A stretch of 64,000 nucleotides of DNA. Origin: an uncultured Methylophilaceae bacterium. Its GTDB lineage: Bacteria; Pseudomonadota; Gammaproteobacteria; Burkholderiales; Methylophilaceae. The stretch is taken from contig CAIPBJ010000093.1 in the NCBI GenBank assembly GCA_903863255.1, positions 60,654-124,653 on the forward strand, given 5' to 3'. Below, piece after piece: positions 9,929-19,927 of this stretch. How positions within the stretch are numbered: the first letter of the stretch is position 1; each line of letters begins with the position of its first letter. The notes beneath the pieces are model-generated. The model had not been told where the DNA came from. It worked only from the letters and a program-made list of their open reading frames with translations, and searched no databases. Position numbers and translations under genes: made by a program.

Positions 9929-11050
9929 TTAATTAGGAGTCTGAACGATATCAGTGTCATTGATGGGTTCATTAGCCTGAACAACGAGTGCGTAAGATAC
10001 CTGATCAAAAACTTTGAAAATCATCAAAAGCCCCACCCTTTCGCTAGGAAGTTGAAGCAATTCGGGATTATTAGCAGGATCTTCTTTTGGATCATACTTC
10101 TCAACCTTCGGTTCTTTGTCCTTAGATTGAAGCTCAGGTATTCTAAACTTTTCATCCTTGGTTTTTTTGTCAGGATCTTTGCTTATGTAGAATCCTAGTC
10201 GGTTGATACTTAAAACATGCCCCTCCTCCAAACCATCATTTTTTCCGTGATTGATGGTAATAATAGAATCTTTTCCAGTCTCGGCAAGACCACCATAAAT
10301 GGAAATTATTTTTCCTGTTATTGGAAACGTTGGCGCATGGGGCACAAAATTTGACTGGATATTTTCAGGTATGGCAACCAGCTTATCCTTGGTGAAAATC
10401 TCTTCTTTTGCACTTATAATCGTGACAGTTGCAGGTTGGCCATACTTTAAGACGCGAGCATCTCCGAGGTAGTTTGCTTCGATACCAAGTATTTTCCTGT
10501 TGTCGGGATCAACCAGTGGCTTTCCTGGACGGTAAATATGCCAGTTAGCACCTTGAGATTCATCAATTTTGTCAATGTAGACTCGACTATTGGTAGCCAA
10601 TGCTAATCTGTTCTCCGGGCCAGCAATAATAGTTGGAGCAGAGTTGAGGGCATTTTCCTCGATGACTAGCGGTCTGCTAAGGAAAGGTGCAATGATACTT
10701 GGTGCGATTGTGGGAATCGCCTCCTTATCAAGGGGCTCTTCACGAACGCCAGGGTTAAGGGTTACCGTTTCTCGAAGTAAACGCAATTCGGGTTGACTGC
10801 CAGAAGTATCAAGTACTATCAGATCACCGGGATATATAAGATTTGGGTTCTTAATTTCCGCCTTATTCATTTTCCATATGGATGGCCACTGCCAGGGGTT
10901 CTTGAGAAACTTTCCGGAAATGCCCCAAAGGGTGTCGCCTTTAACCACAACATAACGATCTGGATGATCGGATTGTAATTCAATATTGTTATTTGCTGCA
11001 TAAGCGGAAAGACAACAAAACCCAAGCAGCGTTATAATGTAGCGAATCAT
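9929..11050 (-). CDS. LysM-domain periplasmic protein
   Basis: Signal peptide (LLGFCCLSAYA) followed by a LysM motif (YVVVKGDTLWGISGKFLKNPWQWPSIWKMN). It is divergent from def, as in many proteobacteria. Confidence 0.8.
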   Translation of the reverse strand: MIRYIITLLGFCCLSAYAANNNIELQSDHPDRYVVVKGDTLWGISGKFLKNPWQWPSIWKMNKAEIKNPNLIYPGDLIVLDTSGSQPELRLLRETVTLNPGVREEPLDKEAIPTIAPSIIAPFLSRPLVIEENALNSAPTIIAGPENRLALATNSRVYIDKIDESQGANWHIYRPGKPLVDPDNRKILGIEANYLGDARVLKYGQPATVTIISAKEEIFTKDKLVAIPENIQSNFVPHAPTFPITGKIISIYGGLAETGKDSIITINHGKNDGLEEGHVLSINRLGFYISKDPDKKTKDEKFRIPELQSKDKEPKVEKYDPKEDPANNPELLQLPSERVGLLMIFKVFDQVSYALVVQANEPINDTDIVQTPN

Positions 11051-11137
11051 AGTTATGACCTCGGTGTGTAGCGGAAAAAATGTATCCGCGAAGTTGCATT
11101 AAATTTTGCATGTAATTCATTCAACAATCAAGCTTTT

Positions 11138-11638
11138 ATGGCAATTTTAAATATACTTAATTATCCTGACCCTCGTTTGTATACTGTCGCCAAACCTGTT
11201 AAGGAGGTAAACAAGGCGATACAGCGACTTGTCGACGATATGGCGGAGACTATGTATCAGGCTCCAGGAATAGGTTTAGCCGCAACTCAGGTTGATGTTC
11301 ACCTACAAATTATAGTTATTGATGTAAGTGAAGATAAAAACAGACTTCAGGTTTTTATCAATCCGACAGTTAAGGCTAGTATTGGGTCACGTGAATTTGA
11401 AGAGGGGTGTTTGTCGGTACCGGGTATTTACGAGCAGGTGACTCGGGCAGAGAAGATTATTGTTGAAGCCCTGGATAGGGATGGTAATGTTTTCGTAATT
11501 GAGGCTGAAGGTATACTCTCAGTTTGTATTCAACATGAAATTGATCATTTGCTAGGTAAGGTTTTTGTACAATATTTATCGCCTTTAAAACAATCTCGCA
11601 TTAAAAATAAGATGCAAAAGAGAGTTCGTGGAAGATAA
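11138..11638 (+). CDS. def: Peptide deformylase
   Basis: Carries the [16 protein letters not shown] and QHEIDHL motifs. Confidence 0.95.
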   Translation: MAILNILNYPDPRLYTVAKPVKEVNKAIQRLVDDMAETMYQAPGIGLAATQVDVHLQIIVIDVSEDKNRLQVFINPTVKASIGSREFEEGCLSVPGIYEQVTRAEKIIVEALDRDGNVFVIEAEGILSVCIQHEIDHLLGKVFVQYLSPLKQSRIKNKMQKRVRGR

Positions 11639-11650
11639 TATTCAAAAACA

Positions 11651-12583
11651 ATGAGAAAATTAAAAATAATTTTTGCAGGCACACCTGATTTTGCGGCTTC
11701 CATATTAAAAAAAATCATCGATTCAAATCACGAGGTTTGTTTGGTGCTAACTCAACCTGATCGACCTTCAGGGAGGGGCATGAAGCTTAAATCGCCACCC
11801 GTCAAGCTGTTGGCAGTCGAACATAACATTCCTGTTTTGCAATCTGAATCGTTAAAAGATGAAATTACTCAGAGGCTTCTATCTGAGACAAATTCAGACA
11901 TGATGGTGGTAGCAGCCTATGGATTGATTATTCCAAAGCAAGTTTTAGATATGCCAAAATTCGGTTGCTATAATGTCCATGCATCATTATTGCCTAGATG
12001 GCGAGGCGCCGCTCCGATCCAACGATCAATACTAGCGGGGGATGCTGAAACTGGTGTGACAATTATGAAAGTAGTGCCTGCTCTGGATGCAGGTGACATG
12101 GTTATGAAATCGGCCATACCGATTGGCTCTGATGACACTGCTCAAACCCTACATGATAAATTGGCCCTAATCGGGGCAGATTTGATGCTGGCGGTAATAA
12201 ACGTTTTAGCGGAAAGAGGAAATATTGAATCGATTCCACAAGATGAGTCAAAGGTGACCTACGCTGAGAAACTGCAAAAATCGGAAGCTTTGCTGGATTG
12301 GACAAAGAGCGCGGTTGAATTGTCAAGGCAGGTCCGGGCCTTTAACCCATTTCCAGTTGCAACTACAGTCATTGAGGGTGAAATTTGTCGAATATGGATG
12401 GCTTCAGCCAAAGATGGCAAGGGTTTGCCAGGAGTCTTACATAATGTCGACGACATGCTGCTAGTTGGTTGTGGTGAAGGGCTGCTTTTGCTTCAGGAAA
12501 TTCAAATGCCTGGGGGCAGAAGGCTTAAAGCAAGCGAGTTCCTGGCTGGCCGCCCTTTGAAATTAGGCCAAAAGATTGGATAG
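11651..12583 (+). CDS. fmt: Methionyl-tRNA formyltransferase
   Basis: Has IIFAGTPDFA, HASLLPRWRGAAPIQR and def-fmt synteny. Confidence 0.95.
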   Translation: MRKLKIIFAGTPDFAASILKKIIDSNHEVCLVLTQPDRPSGRGMKLKSPPVKLLAVEHNIPVLQSESLKDEITQRLLSETNSDMMVVAAYGLIIPKQVLDMPKFGCYNVHASLLPRWRGAAPIQRSILAGDAETGVTIMKVVPALDAGDMVMKSAIPIGSDDTAQTLHDKLALIGADLMLAVINVLAERGNIESIPQDESKVTYAEKLQKSEALLDWTKSAVELSRQVRAFNPFPVATTVIEGEICRIWMASAKDGKGLPGVLHNVDDMLLVGCGEGLLLLQEIQMPGGRRLKASEFLAGRPLKLGQKIG

Positions 12584-12716
12584 GTCTTCTTTCCCTTGAG
12601 ATACAATCTCTGTATAGGTCTTATGTCTCCCATAATTTATTGTAATGATGTTGTCTTGTTATGGTTTGATCAAGAAAGACAATAAGGATTATTGGATAAA
12701 ATTTCATAGAGAGCTA

Positions 12717-13997
12717 ATGTATATTTCCCAACTTATAGCGGCAGAATCAATAGAACTAGTCTTTTCAGGCCGAAATCTGACTTCGAGTTTGTCAAAGGTT
12801 TTTGAGGGTTATCCCAAAATGACATATCAGCAACGTGCTGTAGCTCAGGACCTCAGTTATGGAACCCTTAGATTTCTGGGAAACCTAGATGCGATACTTG
12901 GTAGGTTGCTTGAAAGACCTATACAGGACGAATTTTTGAGATGTCTTCTTCTAGTGGCCTTATACCAGCTAGAATATGGTCGAGCGGAAAATCATACTAT
13001 AGTCAATCAAGCCGTTAATGCAGTTTCAAAATCCAAATGCCCTTGGGCAAAGGCTTTGATTAACGGTGTCCTGAGAAACTTTATTAGAAATAAAAAAGAA
13101 CTTAACGATACTTTGCCGCATTCGGATATTACAAAGTATTCTTACCAGCCATGGTGGATTTCAAAGGTCAAGGAACAGTACCCATTTAGTTGGGAATCTA
13201 TCTTGGTAGCTGGTAATCAACATCCGCCAATGACTCTAAGGGTCAACCGCCGTCAAATGAATGCTGATGAATTTATCAGCATTCTTAAAGAAAACAATAT
13301 TGAGGCAGAAAAAATTGACGAATTTGCAGTGACACTTTTGAAAGCACTGCCAGTCGAAAAAATCCCTGGCTTTTTCGAGGGCGATTTTTCCGTGCAGGAT
13401 TATGGTGCCCAGTTTGCAGCCCAATTGCTGGACCTGACTGAAGGAGCCAGGGTGCTTGACGCGTGCAGTGCTCCAGGTGGAAAAACTGGTCATATACTTG
13501 AGATGGCCGATGTGGATTTGTTAGCCATAGATAATGACCAAGCTAGATTAAGCAAAGTCGAGAGTAATCTCAGAAGACTAAACTTAAATGCCAGGCTTTT
13601 GGTTGGGGATGCATCGACTCCGGAAGCCTGGTGGGATGGAAAGCAATTTGATCGAATCTTGGCTGATGTGCCATGTACTGCATCGGGCATAGTCAGGCGT
13701 CATGTTGATATAAAGTGGCTTCGACGGGAAGATGACATTGTCTCATTTACAAAACAACAGGAACTGATTTTGCCAAGTTTGTGGCGACTATTGAGAAAGG
13801 GTGGTAAATTACTTTACGTAACATGTTCAATTTTTAAAGAAGAAAATCTGAACCAAATTGAAAAATTTTTACAAACGCACAACGATGCTGAGCAAATCCC
13901 ACTTAATCTGAATACGTTAGTAAATATAGATAATGGACAAATACTACCGACTGCAAAGCATGATGGTTTCTATTACAACTTGCTACAAAAAAAATAG
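12717..13997 (+). CDS. rsmB: 16S rRNA m5C967 methyltransferase (RsmB/Sun)
   Basis: NusB-like N-terminal domain, SAM motif DACSAPGGKT, and catalytic Cys motifs DVPCTASG and YVTCS. It follows def-fmt as in E. coli. The start at the inner Met (MYISQLIAAES..., AGAGAG upstream) is preferred over the ORF-track start at 12645. Confidence 0.9.
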   Translation: MYISQLIAAESIELVFSGRNLTSSLSKVFEGYPKMTYQQRAVAQDLSYGTLRFLGNLDAILGRLLERPIQDEFLRCLLLVALYQLEYGRAENHTIVNQAVNAVSKSKCPWAKALINGVLRNFIRNKKELNDTLPHSDITKYSYQPWWISKVKEQYPFSWESILVAGNQHPPMTLRVNRRQMNADEFISILKENNIEAEKIDEFAVTLLKALPVEKIPGFFEGDFSVQDYGAQFAAQLLDLTEGARVLDACSAPGGKTGHILEMADVDLLAIDNDQARLSKVESNLRRLNLNARLLVGDASTPEAWWDGKQFDRILADVPCTASGIVRRHVDIKWLRREDDIVSFTKQQELILPSLWRLLRKGGKLLYVTCSIFKEENLNQIEKFLQTHNDAEQIPLNLNTLVNIDNGQILPTAKHDGFYYNLLQKK

Positions 13998-14562
13998 GAT
14001 AACTTTTTTTGTAAATTTGTTTTTTTCCTTGATGGTATTGATTTATTCAACGTACACTTACGCTGAATCAAGTTCCCTGCATATCAAGACGGCAGATCTT
14101 GTCCTAGAGCAAGATTATTATTTTCTAAATGCTGATATAGACATTAATTTCAACCCTAATGTCGAGGATGCTCTAAGTAAAGGCGTACCTCTCACTTTTA
14201 TACTCGAGTTCCAGGTTGTTTCACCACGAAAATACTGGTTTGATGACGAGGTGGTAACTCTTAGTCAACCTATAACTCTTAGCTATCATGCGTTATCTCG
14301 ACAATATTTGGTGATAAGGGGCACGCATCAGCAGTCTTTTCCGACATTCCAGCAAGCAAAAGAAGAGCTTTCACGAGTTCGGGATTGGCAAGTCCTTGAT
14401 CAGTCATTAATTAAGAAGGGTGAGAATTTTGCGGCTGTTTTAAGAATCCGGCTGGATCAATCTCAATTACCAAAACCCTTGCAAGTAGAAGCTATTGGGT
14501 CTGAAGAGTGGGAAATGGTATCTCAACGTTACCGTTGGATTCCTATTTTAGAAAATAAATGA
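13960..14562 (+). CDS. DUF4390 secreted protein
   Basis: Sits between rsmB and ntrY, as in other beta-proteobacteria. It has a signal-peptide-like KKNRITFFVNLFFSLMVLIYSTYTYA. The exact start is uncertain (13933, 13960 or 13963) and overlaps the rsmB 3' end. Confidence 0.65.
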   Translation: MMVSITTCYKKNRITFFVNLFFSLMVLIYSTYTYAESSSLHIKTADLVLEQDYYFLNADIDINFNPNVEDALSKGVPLTFILEFQVVSPRKYWFDDEVVTLSQPITLSYHALSRQYLVIRGTHQQSFPTFQQAKEELSRVRDWQVLDQSLIKKGENFAAVLRIRLDQSQLPKPLQVEAIGSEEWEMVSQRYRWIPILENK

Positions 14563-16691
14563 GATATGTAGTTTTCATTAGTGCGTTATTAGGTGTAATA
14601 CTTCTTTACCTCCTTTCTCACGCAAGTACAAATGGTGCTGCTTTTGGCAACCATTACAAACTGCTTCTAGCGCTGAATCTGGCATTGGCTGCAGCGCTTA
14701 TCTTCTTAATATGTGTCCAGCTTTGGCGTTTGTTCCAACAGATGCGGGCAAAGGCCATAGGAAGCAGGCTCACGCTGAGATTATTGGGTGCATTTGCTTT
14801 GATGGCAATTATTCCAGGTTTGATCGTATATACCGTATCGGTAAACTTCCTTACCAGATCAATTGAATCTTGGTTTAACGTAAAGGTGGAGGCTGCCCTT
14901 GAGGGGGGGTTACGCTTAGGTCAGAGTGCGCTTGATATCATGTTGACTGATATCAAGCAAAAAGGGGAAGCTATGGCATTGAACCTAGCAATCCAGCCTA
15001 ATAACTCGCAATTAAATTTACTTAATGATTTGAGGGAAAAGGCCGGCTTGCAGGACGTTGTGTTGCTTACTGGACAAGGTAGAATCCTGGCTTTTTCGAG
15101 CAATGATTCTTCCAGCTTCTTACCGGAGCTTCCGAGCATACCACAACTGCGTCAGGCAAGGCTGCATGTTTACGGTGTCATAGAACCTATAAATGGAAAG
15201 GGACTGTACCTGCGTGTGCTTGCACCAATAAATAACAATGATCTTTCTGGTGAGATCAGGATTCTTCAGTTATTGCAGCCCGTTCCAAAGGCCTTATCTA
15301 GCACAGCTGAAGCGGTTCAGTCGGTATATCAGGATTACCAAGAATTATCATTGAGCAGAGAGTCGCTAAAGGAAGTGTTTTCTTTAACGCTGACATTGGT
15401 CCTTATGCTTGCCATGCTTTCAGCAGTTTCTGTTGCGTTTGTTCTTAGTCGTCGGCTATCTGCCCCTTTAGGCGTGCTTGCTGAGGGCACACGCGCAATT
15501 GCGCGTGGCGATTACGATACTGTTTTGCCGGTTCATGGGAACGATGAGCTCGGGGTTCTAGTTCAGTCCTTCAATAGCATGACAAGGCAACTTGGAGATG
15601 CCACACAGGCGGCTGAAAGAAATAGATCTAGGGTGGAAGCTGCTCGCGGCTACCTTGAAACGATATTGGCTCATTTGTCCTCAGGAGTTCTGGCACTGAA
15701 TGACAAAGCTGAATTGAGAACGAATAATTTTGCAGCAACCAATATTTTAGGCGTCACGTTGGGTCACTTTGCAGGTTTGCCGTTCGAATATCTTGGGCGA
15801 GAGTACGAATCTCTAAAATTATTCGTTGATACCATACTCATGCATTTTAACAGTTCAGAACATGGTGAATGGCAAGAGCAAATGGAAATCGTTACAGCAC
15901 AGGGTAAAAGAACGGTTCTGATAAGGGGTACCAGACTACCCTATAGCGCAGATAGCGGATATTTGATAGTTTTTGATGATATTACTGCTATGGTGCAAGC
16001 ACAACGTGATGCAGCTTGGGGAGAGGTTGCCAGACGGTTAGCCCACGAGATTAAGAATCCCCTGACTCCGATTCAGTTGTCAGCTGAAAGACTTGAACAT
16101 AAGTTATCTGAAAAGCTAGAATCCTCAGACCGGGCGATCTTAAAGAGAGCAACAGATACAATAGTGGCTCAAGTTGGTGCGATGAAAACTATGGTCAATG
16201 AGTTTAGTGAGTATGCTCGTGCTCCAACACTCAACTTAAGAGAACTCGATTTGAATCAGCTAATTCTAGATGTTTTAGAATTATATGATCCCGCAGGTGT
16301 GAGTATTCGAACTCAGCTTTCAGAGAACCTTCCTCATGTTGAAGGTGATGCAACCATGCTAAGGCAGGTGCTGCACAATTTACTTCAGAATTCGCAAGAT
16401 GCGCTAGAAGGACGAAATGGTGGAATGATTACTGTAAACACATCAAAAAAGAATAACGAGATAATATTTAGTGTGAGTGACAATGGAGATGGTTTTCCAA
16501 TAGATATTATTTCACGCGCTTTTGAGCCTTACGTAACGACAAAACGTCATGGTACTGGACTTGGATTGGCGATTGTCAAAAAGATGATAGAAGAACACAA
16601 GGGAAGTATAAGGATTGAAAACCTGGGTCAAGACGGTGCCTCCGTCATCGTTACATTGCCTGTAATAACGTCAAAAGAAAAAGGTAGATAA
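14559..16691 (+). CDS. ntrY: NtrY-type sensor histidine kinase
   Basis: N-terminal TM segments, HAMP, PAS and an H-box LAHEIKNPLTPIQLSAERL. N, G1 and G2 boxes are present (NLLQNSQDA, DNGDGF, GTGLGLAIV). An ATGA overlap links it to the upstream gene. Confidence 0.85.
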   Translation: MRYVVFISALLGVILLYLLSHASTNGAAFGNHYKLLLALNLALAAALIFLICVQLWRLFQQMRAKAIGSRLTLRLLGAFALMAIIPGLIVYTVSVNFLTRSIESWFNVKVEAALEGGLRLGQSALDIMLTDIKQKGEAMALNLAIQPNNSQLNLLNDLREKAGLQDVVLLTGQGRILAFSSNDSSSFLPELPSIPQLRQARLHVYGVIEPINGKGLYLRVLAPINNNDLSGEIRILQLLQPVPKALSSTAEAVQSVYQDYQELSLSRESLKEVFSLTLTLVLMLAMLSAVSVAFVLSRRLSAPLGVLAEGTRAIARGDYDTVLPVHGNDELGVLVQSFNSMTRQLGDATQAAERNRSRVEAARGYLETILAHLSSGVLALNDKAELRTNNFAATNILGVTLGHFAGLPFEYLGREYESLKLFVDTILMHFNSSEHGEWQEQMEIVTAQGKRTVLIRGTRLPYSADSGYLIVFDDITAMVQAQRDAAWGEVARRLAHEIKNPLTPIQLSAERLEHKLSEKLESSDRAILKRATDTIVAQVGAMKTMVNEFSEYARAPTLNLRELDLNQLILDVLELYDPAGVSIRTQLSENLPHVEGDATMLRQVLHNLLQNSQDALEGRNGGMITVNTSKKNNEIIFSVSDNGDGFPIDIISRAFEPYVTTKRHGTGLGLAIVKKMIEEHKGSIRIENLGQDGASVIVTLPVITSKEKGR

Positions 16692-16697
16692 ATAAGT

Positions 16698-17972
16698 ATG
16701 ACAGCCAGACAAATTCTCGTTGTTGATGACGAAATCGGCATTCGTGAGTTGCTTAGTGATATTTTACAAGACGAAGGGTATCACGTTAGATTGGCAGAGA
16801 ATGCTGCTGAGGCCCGTTCATGGAGACTGCAGACACGTCCTGATCTCGTCCTGTTGGATATTTGGATGCCTGATTGCGATGGGATCACGCTTTTAAAAGA
16901 ATGGAACAATGGTGGGATGTTGACCATGCCAGTTGTAATGATGTCAGGTCATGGAACGATCGATACCGCAATTGAGGCGACTAGAGTTGGCGCCTTCGAT
17001 TTCCTAGAAAAGCCCATTGCATTACAAAAACTTTTAAAAACAGTATCTGCGGCACTTAAGCATGGTGAACAGTTGCCTAAGTCAGACATGAGTCTTCTGA
17101 ACTTAGGTAAAAGCGCTGTGATAACAGAATTACGTCAACGTCTGGATCAGCTATCCCAGCGTCTATCTCCTTTGTTGCTTATTGGGGAAAAGGGAAGTGG
17201 AACAGAGCTTTGTGCCAAGTTTATCCATAAAAGTAATACGCCTTGGCTGAAATTAGTCGAGAACGACAAACTTGCCCATACTCCAATTGAGCTTCTTGAA
17301 AATCTTCAGGAAGGTATTTTGTTTATTCCAGAGGTCAGTGAACTTAATAAAGCTGAACAAAGGGGCTTGCTTGTATTGATTTCCCAGGCAGATAAGTTTG
17401 ACGTAAGGATTGTATGCGGAACTTCAGTTTCACTTCCACAGTATGTTGAAAAAGGTTTGTTTGACCATTCTCTGCTTCAGGCGCTTTCAGTAAGTACTTT
17501 AAGAATTCCGCCGCTTGCAGATCATCGTGAGGACATACCCGAACTGGCAAGAGCAATGGCACTTTTGTTAGTTGAAACTAGCGAAGCACCGTATCGTGAA
17601 TTTGAAGTGGCGGCTCTTAATGCCTTACGAAACGCCGAATGGCCAGGAAATTTAGCTCAGTTGGAAAGTATAGTAAGAAACCTGATGCTAACCAGTCTGG
17701 GTGAAAAAATAACACTTTCTGATGTTACTCGGGTGATAGACCAATTTAAGCCGTTTCATAATCCCACTGACTCATCCAACGATGCATTTAAGAATCCTTC
17801 TTTGAATCTGGATTTGCCCTTGCGAGAAGCTAGAGATCAGTTCGAAAAACTTTATTTTGAGCATCATATCGCCAAATCGGGTAAGAATATGAGCAAGGTT
17901 GCTGAGATAGTTGAACTTGAGAGAACCCATTTATATAGGAAACTGAAACAATTGGGTATTAAAACCAAATAG
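16698..17972 (+). CDS. ntrX: NtrX-type response regulator (REC, degenerate AAA+, Fis-type HTH)
   Basis: REC domain with DDE...LLDIWMPD...K; the central domain is only remotely AAA+-like; C-terminal HTH is NMSKVAEIVELERTHLYRKLKQLGI. It lies directly after ntrY. Confidence 0.85.
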   Translation: MTARQILVVDDEIGIRELLSDILQDEGYHVRLAENAAEARSWRLQTRPDLVLLDIWMPDCDGITLLKEWNNGGMLTMPVVMMSGHGTIDTAIEATRVGAFDFLEKPIALQKLLKTVSAALKHGEQLPKSDMSLLNLGKSAVITELRQRLDQLSQRLSPLLLIGEKGSGTELCAKFIHKSNTPWLKLVENDKLAHTPIELLENLQEGILFIPEVSELNKAEQRGLLVLISQADKFDVRIVCGTSVSLPQYVEKGLFDHSLLQALSVSTLRIPPLADHREDIPELARAMALLLVETSEAPYREFEVAALNALRNAEWPGNLAQLESIVRNLMLTSLGEKITLSDVTRVIDQFKPFHNPTDSSNDAFKNPSLNLDLPLREARDQFEKLYFEHHIAKSGKNMSKVAEIVELERTHLYRKLKQLGIKTK

Positions 17973-17978
17973 CAATTT

Positions 17979-19136
17979 TCAATTGGCAATCCTGAGTTTC
18001 CACAAGGATGTAACTTCTAGAATCCTTGCATGATAGAGAGGGTCGGACTGGTCTCTCGATTTTGGATGGTTTGGTTTGATGTCAATCCTATCTACTACCC
18101 TCAGTCCAGAATTCTGAATCTTAAATAGTAGTTCTTCACGGGTCCTTAGATTCAAATGTTCAGCAAGATCCGATAACAAAAGCCATCCCTCACCTTCTTG
18201 AGTCAGATGGTTGGCTAATTTCTCGATGAATCCCCATAACATTTTACTTTTTGGGTCGTATATTGCATGTTCAATACTGGAGCTAGGTTTGGCTGGTATC
18301 CAAGGTGGGTTGCAAACGACAAGAGGTGCTTTACCCGCAGGGAACATATCCGTCTGGATTAGATCAATTTGATGGTCTATTTTTAATCGACAGAAGTTAT
18401 CAGATGCACAACTTATTGCACGTGAATCAAGTTCTGTTGCAATAATTTTCCTTACCCCTCGTTTTGCCATGATTGCAGCAAGTACCCCAGTACCGGTTCC
18501 AATATCAAATGCTAAATCAAAGGAGGGTATCGATGCATTGGCCACAAGGTCGATATACTCTCCACGATTTGGGGAAAAAACCCCATAATGTGGATAGATG
18601 AAGTCATTTAAAGCGGGTATCTTTACGCCCTTCTTTCTCCATTCATGAGCACCTATAAGTCCAAGTAGTTCGCGTAAAGATATCAAAAAGGGTCGATTGA
18701 TATCCGGGTGGGCTTCACGAATCGCTTCGGCTGCATTTGGAGACCTGCTTAATGGAATTTTATAGTCATTCTCTACAAGAATTAGTAGGCTATTTAATGT
18801 CCTGGCTCGTTGTAATTGTGCGAGTCTGTGAAGATGAAAAGTTTCAGACGGGGAAGGGGAGTTTTTTGTAGATTTTCGCTTTGTCAGGGACTTATCTATT
18901 CTACGTGACATTGCATGAAGCAATTGTTTGGCATTTTGGAAATCACTGCGCCATAAAAGGGCACGTCCTTCACATGCAAGATTATAAGCATCATCAGCAT
19001 TTAATGTGTCGTCTACAGGAATAATATGCTTAGGCGCGGATAGGTTTGAATCGGATATCCAAAGTACCGAGCGATCCTTCCCATCTTCTTTCCATGCCGC
19101 TATTGGAAGATCAATGAAATCAGTCATTGTATTCAA
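17979..19136 (-). CDS. Class I SAM-dependent methyltransferase with NPPW motif and an uncharacterised N-terminal half
   Basis: Motif I is DIGTGTGVLA and motif IV is VVCNPPWIP (N6-adenine / glutamine-N5 methyltransferase type). About 200 N-terminal residues have no family I recognise. Confidence 0.7.
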   Translation of the reverse strand: MNTMTDFIDLPIAAWKEDGKDRSVLWISDSNLSAPKHIIPVDDTLNADDAYNLACEGRALLWRSDFQNAKQLLHAMSRRIDKSLTKRKSTKNSPSPSETFHLHRLAQLQRARTLNSLLILVENDYKIPLSRSPNAAEAIREAHPDINRPFLISLRELLGLIGAHEWRKKGVKIPALNDFIYPHYGVFSPNRGEYIDLVANASIPSFDLAFDIGTGTGVLAAIMAKRGVRKIIATELDSRAISCASDNFCRLKIDHQIDLIQTDMFPAGKAPLVVCNPPWIPAKPSSSIEHAIYDPKSKMLWGFIEKLANHLTQEGEGWLLLSDLAEHLNLRTREELLFKIQNSGLRVVDRIDIKPNHPKSRDQSDPLYHARILEVTSLWKLRIAN

Positions 19137-19156
19137 AGTGAGTGCTAATAAACAAG

Positions 19157-19927
19157 CTATTCAAGTTCCAGCACTACAGGTGCATGATCACTTGGTCTTT
19201 CGAGCTTTCTTGGCTCTTTGTCGATATAGCTTGCCCTGCAAGAATTTTTCAGAGCCTGACTAACCAGTATATGATCGATACGCAAACCCATGTTCCTTCT
19301 AAAAGCGCCCATCCTGTAATCCCACCAAGAGAAACTGGAATCAGTTTGTTCAAAAAGTCTGAAAGTATCAACCAGTCCAAGAGCCTCAAATTCTTTGAAT
19401 GCTTTTCTTTCTTGTTGGCTTACTAGGACCTGATCTTTCCATCCTACAGGGTCATAACAATCTTTGTCTTCGGGCGCAATATTGAAATCACCCAACAGCA
19501 CTAGCTCAGAATGGTTCTTTAATTCTTTTGATAACCAATCATGAAGCGCCTGTATCCATCTTAATTTATAAATGTACTTATCAGAATCGACACTTTGTCC
19601 ATTTGGAAAGTAAGCGCAAACTATCCTTTTTGAGTCCACAGTTGCTGAGATGACCCTTTTTTGATGGTCTATAAAATTTGTTATGCCGAATGTTACATCC
19701 TCTGCTGGTGCAAGACTCAGTATCGCTACCCCATTGTATGTCTTTTGACCGCTATGTACGGAGTGGTAACCTGCTTCAGCAATTGCTTCGTACGGAAATT
19801 TAAAATCTTCAAGTTTGGTTTCTTGAAGGCATAGCACATCCGGTTTGTTGGACGTGAGCCAATCAAGGACATGGGGAAGCCGAACATTGAGTGAGTTAAC
19901 ATTCCAGGTTGCTAACTTCATAGTCAC
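19157..19927 (-). CDS. xth: Exodeoxyribonuclease III
   Basis: Has KLATWNVNSL, CLQETK, GDFNIAP and the C-terminal PSDHAPV motif. An alternative start lies 6 nt downstream. Confidence 0.93.
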   Translation of the reverse strand: MTMKLATWNVNSLNVRLPHVLDWLTSNKPDVLCLQETKLEDFKFPYEAIAEAGYHSVHSGQKTYNGVAILSLAPAEDVTFGITNFIDHQKRVISATVDSKRIVCAYFPNGQSVDSDKYIYKLRWIQALHDWLSKELKNHSELVLLGDFNIAPEDKDCYDPVGWKDQVLVSQQERKAFKEFEALGLVDTFRLFEQTDSSFSWWDYRMGAFRRNMGLRIDHILVSQALKNSCRASYIDKEPRKLERPSDHAPVVLELE

